A DNA stretch of 64,000 bases from Azolla caroliniana (Eukaryota > Plantae > Polypodiophyta): positions 2,976,001 through 3,040,000 of the forward strand of contig JBHGNT010000022.1 in NCBI GenBank assembly GCA_043228905.1, read 5' to 3'. The notes under the pieces were generated by a model. That model searched no databases. It was given only the letters and a program-made list of their open reading frames with translations, and was not told the DNA's origin. How positions within the stretch are numbered: the stretch's first letter is position 1; every line of letters starts with the position of its first letter. The translations under genes were made by a program, and so were the position numbers. Of this stretch, positions 11,242 through 22,100 are shown one piece after another.

Positions 11242-13358
11242 TCTCGGTTATCGGAACCGAGGGAGTCGCGGTTACGCTCGTGGTTCGGCCTAACCGTCAA
11301 AAACTGGACCGAATGGCGCCCGTCCTGGCTCTTGACCCGCGCATAGGCCGAACCGTTGTCCAGCACCTTGGTCTCCATTCGAGCCGCCGTGATGTACGGC
11401 TCTCCCAGTATGACGGGGTGCGATGACGACTCCTGCACGAAGAAGTGCTGGTCTATCTCGACATCGCCGATCTTGACCCGTACATTCGGGCAGGCCCCGT
11501 GAAGTTCCTCGGTGGCGCGCGTCGCCGCCCTTATCTTCCACCCGTGCTTGGTGTTGATCGGCCATTTGCCCTTCTTATAGAAGTCCATGGACATCAGGTT
11601 GATTTCCGATCCGTGGTCCACCAAAGCTACTACCGGTTCCTGGACATCGCCGATCTTTACCGGGGTTTCCGTGGTCGCTCGGGCCCAGTGTGGCCGCGAA
11701 TAGTGGCTCTCCGCCCACTCGTCTTCCAGCGCCATGTCGTCCAGGTGCGCCGTCCGCACCTCTACCGGTCTTTCCGGTTCCTCCTCCGTCGACAGCCTCT
11801 TCCGCTTGACCAAGTCCACGATGGAGTCGTGGAACTCTTTCTTCGCGATTCCGAGCACCTCCCGTAGCGACAGCTCCACCTTGCTGTCGAGGATCCGTTC
11901 CTCCAGGACCTTTCGTAAGTCCGTGGTTCTTTCTATCTCCGTCCCCAGACGGTACCCGCCCTTCTGGGGTTTATCTTGCGTACCGGCCCCGCCGGCTTCG
12001 TCCCGTCGTGGCCCGGACCGGGTCTCGTATCGTTGTGAGGGCCCGGTCGTCCCGGGTTTCCCCACCCGCTTCTCTTCTACCAGAGCCTCGTAGTTCCGGC
12101 AAGCGGCTTCCACGAAGCCCGTCTTCTCCTCGACCGGGTCGCTCCACCCGGTCATCTCCCGTACCCGTTTCTCCGCACGGTCCGATTCCTCCCTCTTCAT
12201 CCTCGTATCGGCAAGGCCTTCCAGCACCGTCGGCCAGAATCCGGCTTTGCTTCCTCTTCGGGCCTCGTTGCCCCCGACTCGAATACCGGCCGACGCCGAG
12301 TAGTGGACGGTTTCCGCATGTCGGGCCGCCGCCTCTTCCATCAACCTCTTCATTCCGCCTCGCCCGTCGTTTCGGTTTAGGGGCCTTCTCGTGTCGTTGG
12401 CGTGAACCCGGCCTTCCCATAGGTACACCACCCGGTTCCTCAGCGCCTCTGCGAAATCGCCGCAGTCTTTTCGGATGTGGCCGACCCCGTCGCACCACAT
12501 GCACCTGTTCCCTGCCGCCGGCCGTCGGTCACGAGCAGGTCCTCCGCCTTCTCTGCGGGCTTGTGCGATTTGGAGGTCTTTTATCGCCCTCGTCAGTTCC
12601 TCCAACGCAGCTCCTCCAGTCGAGCCTCTGATCACGTCGGTCGTAGCTGAACCGGATTCCAGCCACTCCCGAGTCTCTTCCCTTCGCACCGGCTGCGCCG
12701 GCTCGAGTTTCCTCGCCGCGACTGAGCCCGACCCGGTTGCTCTGTCATCCTCCCATTCTCGCCGTTTGTCGAAACGGCCGCAGGCTCTCTTGACCGCCGC
12801 CCAGTCGGCTGTCAGCCCGTCTTCGGTTTCTAGCAGGGCGCCCACGTGACTCCGATCCCTCTCGTCAACCGATTTGACGAACAGCAGGACCCGGCTTGTA
12901 TCCAGGACCATCCTGTCAAGCGCCGAAAGGCGCGCGAAGTTCTCCTCGAACTCCCGGAGGAGTGCCGACGCATTTCTTCCTTTCCCGGGAGACTCCACCC
13001 ACTCCATGAAGCTTCGCTTCGAAAGCCGGAGCGCGTCGTCCAGTCCGTATTTTTCCAGGAGCCGACCTTCGAACTCCTCCCAGGTACGGCTCTCCGCCCG
13101 CACCTCGAGCACCTCCGCATGGATGCTCGGCATCGCCACTCGGGGAAAACCGGCAAGACGCCTGTCTTCCGGAATGTCCCGCATTAACATTTCCGCACCG
13201 TAGGACGCCAGATACTTCGTGGCATCCTTCCCATCGAACCGGCCGATCGTGCCGACGACCGCCTCAATAGCTCTGTCGAGGGCACCGGTGCCCTCGCGCG
13301 CGTTTACAATCCGATCCACGGCCGAAGCCATGGCCTCTGCGAGATCCGACCCCCTCAT
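11232..13358 (-). CDS. Gag-protease polyprotein
   Basis: Open frame (ORF-track start GTG 13385; first ATG 13358). CMWCDGVGHIRKDC zinc knuckle. Aspartic protease motifs ALVDHGSEIN and VILGEPY. Ends in TAG at 11232-11234. Confidence 0.92.
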   Translation of the reverse strand: MRGSDLAEAMASAVDRIVNAREGTGALDRAIEAVVGTIGRFDGKDATKYLASYGAEMLMRDIPEDRRLAGFPRVAMPSIHAEVLEVRAESRTWEEFEGRLLEKYGLDDALRLSKRSFMEWVESPGKGRNASALLREFEENFARLSALDRMVLDTSRVLLFVKSVDERDRSHVGALLETEDGLTADWAAVKRACGRFDKRREWEDDRATGSGSVAARKLEPAQPVRREETREWLESGSATTDVIRGSTGGAALEELTRAIKDLQIAQARREGGGPARDRRPAAGNRCMWCDGVGHIRKDCGDFAEALRNRVVYLWEGRVHANDTRRPLNRNDGRGGMKRLMEEAAARHAETVHYSASAGIRVGGNEARRGSKAGFWPTVLEGLADTRMKREESDRAEKRVREMTGWSDPVEEKTGFVEAACRNYEALVEEKRVGKPGTTGPSQRYETRSGPRRDEAGGAGTQDKPQKGGYRLGTEIERTTDLRKVLEERILDSKVELSLREVLGIAKKEFHDSIVDLVKRKRLSTEEEPERPVEVRTAHLDDMALEDEWAESHYSRPHWARATTETPVKIGDVQEPVVALVDHGSEINLMSMDFYKKGKWPINTKHGWKIRAATRATEELHGACPNVRVKIGDVEIDQHFFVQESSSHPVILGEPYITAARMETKVLDNGSAYARVKSQDGRHSVQFLTVRPNHERNRDSLGSDNREDF

Positions 13359-13380
13359 CTTCTGCTCTTCTGCCGCCTCT

Positions 13381-13398
13381 TTCACGTCGGGTTCACCA
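13381..13398 (-). promoter_or_regulatory. Primer binding site complementary to the tRNA-Trp 3' end
   Basis: Minus strand TGGTGAACCCGACGTGAA, 3 nt from the LTR. Matches the ...TTCACGTCGGGTTCACCA end of plant cytosolic tRNA-Trp. The same PBS occurs at 14568-14586. Confidence 0.85.
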
Positions 13399-13401
13399 AG
13401 A

Positions 13402-14119
13402 TGTCGGGGTTACTACGCCCTTGCGTGTAGAAAGGAGGAGGGACCACAGGGGGTCTTGAACCGAAGAGCAAGAGAGAGAGGAGTAAGAGAGAGAGACCCG
13501 ATTACACAGAACCGAAGATCCGATTGCGCAGAACCGACGATTGCACAGGGACACGGCCCAACAAACAGAGATCACAAATAAACGCCGACGCAGATGGACG
13601 CAACAACGAAAGATATGTACTTATGAATGCAAGAAAATAACAGACTAAAGTATTACAACCCACGGTGGGGCACGAAATAGATACTAACGAAAACGAACAG
13701 GGCGGCGAACAGATGCCGACCCCTGTATGTCGCGACGCACAGGAAGGGAAAACAGGTCGGAGGTGCTGCAGGACGCACTCGGGGCGTTCCACGGAACAGC
13801 GCAAGCCTCCTCGAAACCTGCACTGGTACGCGATGGAGCAGAAGACAGAGAAAGCAGGAGTGAGAGAGAGCTCCGAAATCGGTTCGGCAGCACTTCGTCC
13901 TCTCCGCGCGAGATACCCCACTTCTATTCTTCCTCTTCCCTTTTATAGCCCGTCAAGAGGCCGTTTGGCATTAACTGCATACCAACCGAATCTACCCACC
14001 TAGGATCCTCGTATGTACCTACTTCGTCCTTAGGTACTTCTTGGGGCGCGTGTGTGCGTAGAGCCGTTTCCCACGCCTTGTTCCTCCGATTCCTCTTGTG
14101 GGCGGTTTTCTTCACGACA
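13402..14119 (-). repeat. 5' LTR of the young gypsy element (718 bp)
   Basis: Direct repeat of 6955-7671 with one extra A (ggaccacAggggg). The PBS is adjacent. Confidence 0.97.
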
Positions 14120-14590
14120 GCGTGAACCGTTTTTCGAACTCCTGGAGGAGCGTCGATGTGTTCCTCCCTTTTCCAAAGCTTTCCACCCACGCCATGAAGT
14201 CCCGCCTTGACAGTTGAAGCGAGTCGTCAAACCCGTACTTCTCGAGGAGCTGCAGCTCGAACTCCTCCCAAGTCTGGCATCCGGCCAACACCTCGAGCAC
14301 CTCCGCATGGATGCTCGGCGTCACCACCCGAGGGAATCCAGACAGCCGCCTGTCCACCGAGATATCCCTCATGATCATTTCGGCCCGGTAAGCCTCCAAA
14401 TAACTTGTGGCGTCTTTCCCTCTGAACCGGCCTATAGTGCCGACGATTGATTCAATGGCTATGTCGAGGGTACCCTTCCCCTCACAAGCGCTTACCAGCC
14501 GGTCGACAGCTACCGCCATTGCCTCTGCTAGCTCCGATCCCCTCATCTTTTGACTCGTTTGCCGCCTATTCACGTCGGGTTCACCAAAGA

Positions 14591-14648
14591 TGTCACGAAG
14601 TTTGTGTTCGCGTGTAGGAAGAGGCGGGACCATGAGGGTCTTGGACCA

Positions 14649-14685
<37 letters not shown>

Positions 14686-15244
14686 TAAGAGCAAGAAAAC
14701 AGGAATCCGATTACTATAATCAATAGCTTACAACTCGAACAGTTACAACTGGCAACCCGGTAATGGACTTGACACGGGGTCCTACTCACACACACAGACG
14801 ACAACCACGCGACTCCAGGAAACAAAAAGGGGAGAGCCTCTGCTTGAAGCACACGGGTTGGGCTGTCAACGAAGCAGAGGCAGCGAACTCCCGACACCCA
14901 CAAAGACCGACGACCGGAGGAGGAGAAGAGAGAGCTCGGCACTCGGTTCTGCAGCAGCACTTCGTCCTCGCCAACGCGCCATCCCTTTCCTTCCCTCTCT
15001 CCCTCCTTAAATAGTTCGTAAAAAGGGGGGGTGCCCCTTTCTCCCTAGTCAAATTGCTTTATTCCCTGTCCCTTTCGACAGAGATATGCACAATCCCATA
15101 ATAAATGTATACTACCTAGTATCTACATCAACCGACCTAATTATGAATCATGTACAAAATATCAATTCATGCGTCCATCCGTGTAAGAGCCGGTTCATGC
15201 GCCCTTTTCTCCAATTCCGCCTATGGCCGGTTTTCTTCACGACA
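14591..15244 (-). repeat. 5' LTR of the older gypsy element (654 bp)
   Basis: Starts TGTC right after the PBS, ends ggttttcttcacgaca like the young LTR, and contains a (GA)n tract. Confidence 0.85.
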
Positions 15245-18200
15245 ACGTGTTGTTCCAGGAAATTATGAAGGTCTTGCTAGAGTATGGATTCGTGCATCCA
15301 TGGCTGCTAGCAATGCCAAAGAACAAAGTCGGCTTCATCATTGCATCATTTGAAGGCTTGTGGGTTGATTGGCCGCTTTTTACAACGGACTCCCTCCGGA
15401 TAGCAATCGCAGTAGTGGCAGATGGGAAGAAGTCCTGGACCGGAGTTACACAGTGGTTTGACCATCCTTGCATCACGACAACTCGCCATCAAGCCCAAAA
15501 AGAGAGGAAGAACATAAATGATTGTTTGCCAAGAATACTCCCGGTTGGGCTGAAAAAGAGTCCCAACGCTCAGAAATGCCCCAAGCCACTATGAGAGGAG
15601 CACTTCCCCGACCATTAAAACCCATTCGCATTAAGCTAAAGGGGAAAGATACGGTGCAAGGGCAGTCGGACGGCAGGGACCACCCAGATACTACTGATGA
15701 AGACGAGCTTGAGGAGGAGGAAGAGCATGTCACGGCGAGCAAGAAAAGGATAGATCGGGTCCAATGTTGGACAGAACGTTGACTGATAGCTCAGCAGTGG
15801 TGGAGCCAAGACCGGCGGAGAGTGCATCTATGGCAAGATCAAAAGCAGTTCAAACGGTTCAACCGGAACCGGAACCGAAAATGCATACTAAACCGGGCCA
15901 AGCCAATCAACAAGCGAATGAGACAGACAACCAGTCAACGAACCTGCAAGGTCAAAGCAACGAAACGCAAGAAGAGCAAGCATTTTGGACACTCAGGGAA
16001 GCCGGAGGACAAGAAGCAGAATGGTCAGAGGCAGCACAAGCATTTGCTATAATTACTCTGGTACCTTCCAACAACTTGTGGAATGACTAGAACAGAAGGA
16101 CTGGGACGATCAGTTGCGAATGCAATCAAACCGACATCTGAAGGAAAAAACTGACGATTTCGAGAAGCTATAACAGGAGCATAAGGAGCTCGAGAAGCAA
16201 TATGACCGGTAGTGTGACAAGTTAAAGGAAGCCTGCACATAAGTAAGAGATAAAATGGAAGCCTTGGTGGTGCAAGAAAAAGTCCTTGAGGAGACGACGA
16301 CAAAGTTGTTGGCGGGCGCGGTGAAGGAACGGTCGAAGCTGCTGATTGAGCAAACCTGGATAATCGAAGAGTCAAAGGTTGTATTAGATAAAGTGCTGAC
16401 AACCTACCAAACCCAAATCATGAATTACGAGGTTCAAGCAACTATGATTATCGGAGGCCGGCGTGAACGGATGCAAGCATGAATGGACGAATGTTTCGCG
16501 GTTGTATGGGAACAATGGTCAAAGCAGGTAGCCGAACTCTAGATACTCTGTGCCGATGCAGAAAATCGGAAGAAATACGGAGACAAATTCTACAAAATGG
16601 ACCAAGAGAGGATCATAACAATCCACGAAGCGTTGTTAGAAGATTTCTACACTCTGGCCCAGGTACAAATAGACGGGTTCCGAAGATTATTGGAGTTTGA
16701 AGACAATTAACTGCAAGTAACGCTGGAGTTGGAAACGTATGAGAGGGAGAGAAGGCGGAAAGCAGCTGAGCAAAGGACGGAGCAGATCAATATCAGCGAT
16801 GAAGACCAACAACGGAGCCGGTGTCGCAGAAATCCGCGAGTACGTGTAGGATCCTAGGCGGGACCACGGGGGTCTTGGACTAGGGAGTAGAGGAGAAATA
16901 GGAGCTTTGCTCAAGAGGAGATGAGGAAGAACAAGACATTAACATTGAACAACAAATAGATGGAGGCAAGATACAAAAACAAATTATATTAAGAATCCGC
17001 AAACGATTACAACTATGGCCGCATAGGCCAAACCAAACGATTACAAGAAACCCTAACCGGATAAGTAAAGAAGAAGGGTAAAACCCTAGACGAAACCCTA
17101 AAACCGAAATAGGAAGAAGAAGAACCTTAGAACTAAGTGGTATACCTCTCACACTCAAAATAGGCAACCCCCTCCAAAGTGATTCCTCGCTCCCTTTATA
17201 GTAGTCAAGAGTGAGGCACATTACAAAAAGGAGTGGTCAAATCCCCTTTCTTTCAAAGGAGAATCTTTGGCCTCGATCTTAGGTGGAGAGATTGATGGGC
17301 CTCAACTCTCTCTCCTCTAGCCATCCTACTCAATGCCCATTACTCCCTACACGTATGCTTCATGTACCTCTCTCTAGCCTACAAAGTGCACATCACCTTT
17401 ATGCCTTTACGAACCTCGTGGTGCACTTTTAGCACCTTAGATTATTACCCTTCCCCTTACATTTCGTTATCTTATTCTCATTATACAAATTTACAAGTGC
17501 ATGTGCAATGTTGCACATCCCCATTTTATTTGTCCCACCCGAGTTTCTCACCGTAGCCGGGAATCTTCACAACACCGGATACAACAAAGGAGCACCAGCC
17601 AGAGACACAACCTGAGCAGCGGGCAGAGCAAGCACCAATACAACAACAGGGTGCAAAGGAGCAATAAACGACTGAACCAAGTCCACAACAACAACAACAA
17701 ACAATAGAACAAGAAGAGCAGTCGGAACTGGTCGACCAAGACATCCTGGACATACTTGAGGAGGAATAGAGGAGCTGATCAAGACCCGTGGGTTCGACAT
17801 GTAAGGCACTATCCCACGGGCGTGCTATGTGTTGCCCAAAGAGGAGAATATGATCCAGAGGTGTGAACAGGAAGCCAGATAATTAGATAATTAGAATATT
17901 ATATAGTGACGGATCCATATAGATGTACCGATCCAAATCCGCATCGTTTTGTACCTTGCCAATTAGTGCATGCACCATTTTGTATCAGAACCGGATGCCT
18001 ATATAAAGGATCCAGATTGTATGTATTAAGGAGCGAGTAATATAATATATTATTTTCATCTTGCGTACTTGCCTGTTGTACTTTCATGTTATAATCTTAT
18101 GCATGTTAATGGGATGTTATGTATGTGTTCTGGAGCGTACCCAGATAAGTTATAATTATATGTGTGCATTAATCCATTCCTCCAACCACACCTTTGGTGA

Positions 18201-18472
18201 AAGTATTCTAGAAGGGGATAGCTAGTGTGTGTGGCTAAGGTCTAGCCCAGGATAATCATTTCAATCGGAAGTGAGCTTCCCATACCTCTGTCCATGTTCC
18301 TATTGTTCAGGAGAAAACTCTTCATCTCTGTGTTAATTTGTTTTGTCGACAGGGAAGGATTCTTCTAACCCTCGCGCTCTGATACCATGTAAAAGAATAC
18401 GTGTGGAAGCTTATGCAACACAAAGAAAGCCCAATCGGTTGTCTGAAAATACAACTGTTAGGTATACGTAGA

Positions 18473-18508
<36 letters not shown>

Positions 18509-18837
18509 AGTGAGCATGCAACAAAAATAATCTATTATCAAAAGACTCATTACATACAATGTGCTCACAGAGCACTTTTTATACAAGTCCTCAAAGGGAC
18601 GGACAGAAGTACTGACAAGTACTTCAATGCTCATAAATGAGCTATTGACACTAACATCTAAAATATTTCTACGAAGAATATAGGTCCTAATTGTCCTGAC
18701 GGCTCCCCACCGATCCGGCCTAACTGACCCGGCTCCTGGCATCTTCAGTCGATTCGGGCCTAACCAATTAGTTTCCATACGATCCGGTTTTCGACTTCTT
18801 CAGCCGATCGGCCCAAGTTGAGTTTGCTCGCTCAACA
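15245..18837 (-). mobile_element. Non-autonomous LTR element (Met-PBS, no gag-pol in the visible part, antisense ORF relics), interrupted by the gypsy elements
   Basis: PBS gctctgatacca at 18376-18387 and LTR 18388-18837 (TGTAAA...CTCAACA). Broken plus-strand ORFs at 15223-16900 (VDW motif, acidic and coiled-coil stretches) and a Q/E-rich relic at 17560-17800. Confidence 0.6.
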
Positions 18838-20772
18838 TGCTAATTTCGAGTTGAGCTCAAGGGATGATGCTTATGCTTAGCAATCCCAATGTTTGCTAAA
18901 AATAGATCAATTTCAACTCTTTACAACATGTATGTTACATTATGACTCTTTGCTTGAGGAGATAGCCAAAGCACTTCCCACCAACAAATTCACCAATGAA
19001 ATTGAACAAGGTCTTATTGATCTGTCTAAAACAAACAACAAGGAAGCCCTTGATCGCTTCATATTTGAGGGGGGGCTCCTTTACCAAGAGCATCTCTTAT
19101 ATGTTCCAGAGGGCCTATGTCGAACTCGAGTTCTTCAAAAGTGTCACAACAACCCATTGGCTAGCCATTTTGGAGTTACAAAGACCCTAGAATTAATCTC
19201 GTGAGGATATTGGTGGCCTCAACCGTGGAATTTTGTCAAGGAATTCATCAAGACATTACTTGGGCTTGATCCAAAGTCACCCACCACAGGCCATATGGTT
19301 TACTCCAACCACTTCCCATTCCCAACCAGCCTTGGGCATCTATTTCCATGGATTTCATCATTGACTTGCCTCAAGTCCATAGATATGACGTAGTGCTCAT
19401 CAGGGTGAATCAGTTTACAAAGATGGCTCATTTTGCTCCTTGTGCAAATACTATTTCACGTCAAGAAATGACATATCTATTTTTTAACGAATGTGGTGTG
19501 GTTTCACAGGGTGTCAGACGATGTCACCTCGGATCGTGAACCCTAAATTGTCTCTTGTTTTTTGTGACAGCTCCTTCATACACTTGCACAATAGTGAATT
19601 TGTACTCATCCTATCATCCTCAAACCGATGGGCAAACTAAGTAGGTGAATCAAATTCTAGAGCAATACATCATGTGCTCATTTAGCTACCAACAAGACGA
19701 TTAGATCGACCTCCTACCGTTGGCGGAGTTCACATATAATAATACGCTACATGGTTCAACTAGGGTCACCCTATTTTTCGCCAACGATGGTTTCCATTTT
19801 CGCTTCAACATCTCCATCCCTGCTAACTCTATCAACCATTCATCAAAACCCCTCCCTCGAGCTCATCCTTGTTGTGGACCATTACAAAGCGCAAGCTCAT
19901 TGTCATCGCTCAACCACACCCCCATTTGTAGTCGGTGATCAAGTCTAGCTCTTACATCGCCATGTCGACATTATGCAACCTTGTGCAAAGTTGGACTACA
20001 AAAAGTTGGGGCCTTTTCGCATCAACCCAGTCACTTTCTGGCTAGAACTTCCTCCGCATTTCCAGATTCATAATGTCTTCCATGCCTCTCTCCTTTACCC
20101 TCATCATCCATCCACCATTCCTAGAACATACTCTCCACCTCCACCTCCAGTCGGTCTTTCCACAGGTGAGGAGTATGAGGTTGACAAGATTTTGGACCCT
20201 TGTTGGCATGGACGACAACTTCAATACATTGTCCTATGGAAAGGGTGCCCCATTTCAAAGGCAACTTGGGAACCACCCCGACAGTTGGTGAATGCACCAG
20301 ATGTTGTTCACGCATTTCGTCACCAATATCCACAAAAACAGGGGTGACATCTTAGGAGACGGCATTAACTAAAGGATAATGTCATGGAAACGACATTTGT
20401 CATGTCAAGATTCAAACGCTTGACCTCTTGTATTGTAATCAAGTGTTGTGTTTTAACCAACACATCCGGTACATGGTCATGTTATGTACATGTTAGTAGA
20501 TTATCTATTGCATGTTCTAGGAGTTTTTAGAAGCTTCAAGAAAGCTCTAGAAGTTGGAACATTCCAGAAGCTTCTGCACGGAATTCAAAAACTACATGCA
20601 GAGCCCACAAACATGTATAAATACAGGGGTTCACCTTGATCCCAGTCAAGGTGAACAACGCCAGTTACGGAATCCTATATTCAACTTTGTCTATCTCTTG
20701 TTTCTCACTTCATCTCTCAGTATCTTACCTTTTTCCTTGCTTTGTTTTGCTCTGCTCTATCTGTCCATGACA
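18838..20772 (+). mobile_element. Degenerate chromovirus (Ty3/gypsy, Tcn1-like) 3' part: integrase, chromodomain, 3' LTR
   Basis: HNNPLASHFG...[37 protein letters not shown] and chromodomain EEYEVDKIL...YIVLWKG...TWEP. LTR 20380-20772 has perfect TGTCATGGA/TCCATGACA termini. Confidence 0.88.
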
Positions 20773-21199
20773 ACAAGTACTAACTAATGATAGAAGTGAG
20801 GAATGAAAATTTTGAAGGAAAAGAGATGTATTTCCAACTTTTTTGTACTATAAGAGAAAAAAACTACGTATGTCATGGACAGATAGAGCAAAGCAAAACA
20901 AAGCAAGGAAAAAGGTAAGATACTGAGAGATGAAGTGAGAAACAAGAGATAGAAAAAGTTGAATATAGGATCCCAGTCAAGGTGAACAACGCCAGTTACG
21001 GAATCCTATATTCAATATCTCTTGTTTCTCACTTCATCTCTCAGTATCTTACCTTTTTCCTTGCTTTGTTTTGCTCTGCTCTATCTGACCATGACAACAA
21101 GTACTAACTAATGATAGAAGTGAGGAATGAAAATTTTGAAGGAAAAGAGATGTATTTCCAACTTTTTGTACTATAAGAGAAAAAAAAACTACGTATGTC
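20638..21199. repeat. Duplication - inverted triplication - duplication of the LTR end and flank
   Basis: 20638-20874 is repeated at 20969-21199. The intervening 20871-20971 is the reverse complement of 20672-20772. Confidence 0.9.
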
Positions 21200-21299
21200 T
21201 CGAAAAATATGAGGTCATTCCCTAAACAATGTGGCCAGTTCAAGTTTTTCTTATCACTCTGTTAGGGGAGAGGTAACAAAAAGACATGTCACAAGCCAT

Positions 21300-22100
21300 A
21301 CAATGAAAAATGTTGTAACGTATACTGTCAAAATTTAACATCATTATTTTATTTGCAACTCATTCACAATAGAAGATATCTTGTAGTTTCAGTTAACAAG
21401 AAGGGTAAAACCCCATCTTATAAGCCATCTTCATTTGAAAAGGGCTTGAGTTTGCTTGTTGGTTCCTCAAGGAGTCAGTGACTTGTAATTGTTAAAGTGC
21501 ATCATAACATACTTTGATGATGTTTCTTATGTTTCTCATCATTTGGATGTTAGTTACATACATTTGAGGAATCCAAACTTTCTACTTTGAACTTAAATGC
21601 TTAGCTTTTTGCAACATGGATACGCCATCAAATCTCAATATTAGAATAGTTGAATTGTGCAAGATAAGACGATTGATTGATCTAAGTGAGGGCAATGGTA
21701 ATAATAGGTATTGCCATAGACAACTCACATTTCAATCCTTCAATGATGAATGTATAAGTTTGAGGGGTTATTTCTCTCAAAAGTTCAATAGGTTTGGATG
21801 ATGCACTACCATTTTTGGAATGATGATTAGGGCAGTACTTATTACTTTGGTTATCAACATAAGATCACAAGTCTCAATTGGTAAGTGGTAAGTTAGCTAA
21901 GGTTTTCAAAATGCAAATTAGATGATTCTAGTCACAAAACAACACCGACATTCCATTTTTTGTCCTACCCAAATTTATTGGAAGGCTCTCGTTGCTATCT
22001 TGGACCATTTATCTTGCCTAGGAATGTATTGAGGATTTTTTAGACTACAATCAGCCTAACACCTATAATTTCAAATGATAATATATTGAATTTAGCTTAG
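21300..22100 (-). pseudogene. Highly decayed copia RT relic
   Basis: Minus strand at about 21850-21870 reads roughly LVI-YVDN with a frameshift, resembling the copia YVDD region. The rest is fragmentary. Confidence 0.3.

Larger units (their letters stand above)
6955..14119 (-). mobile_element. Intact, very young Ty3/gypsy LTR retrotransposon (7.2 kb)
   Basis: LTRs 6955-7671 and 13402-14119 (TGTCG...CGACA) differ by one 1-nt indel by eye. TSD GCGT at 6951-6954 and 14120-14123. PBS 13381-13398, G-rich PPT next to 7672, and uninterrupted gag-PR and pol ORFs. Confidence 0.97.
2571..15244 (-). mobile_element. Older, degenerate Ty3/gypsy element (tRNA-Trp PBS family), split by the younger copy and cut off on the left by the copia LTR
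   Basis: 5' LTR 14591-15244 (TGTC...GACA) and PBS 14568-14586. gag N-terminus in ORF 14112-14633. Remaining gag-PR-RT-RH-INT fragments at 2571-6950 (ORFs 6580-6864, 5830-6510, 5246-5827, 4197-5045, 3762-4181, 3328-3849, 2854-3303, 2560-2745) are colinear with the intact copy but contain stops and frameshifts. Confidence 0.92.

Noticed and set aside
13381-13398. tRNA-Trp-like and tRNA-Ala-like 3' sequences (also 14568-14586, 34533-34551)
   Set aside because: Only the last ~18 nt including CCA are present, next to LTRs. These are primer binding sites, not tRNA genes.
2550-14450. Many long plus-strand and alternative-frame ORFs over the gypsy elements and inside their LTRs
   Set aside because: Expected shadow ORFs in GC-rich coding DNA. 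They have no recognisable domains, and the identical LTR ORFs simply reflect LTR identity.
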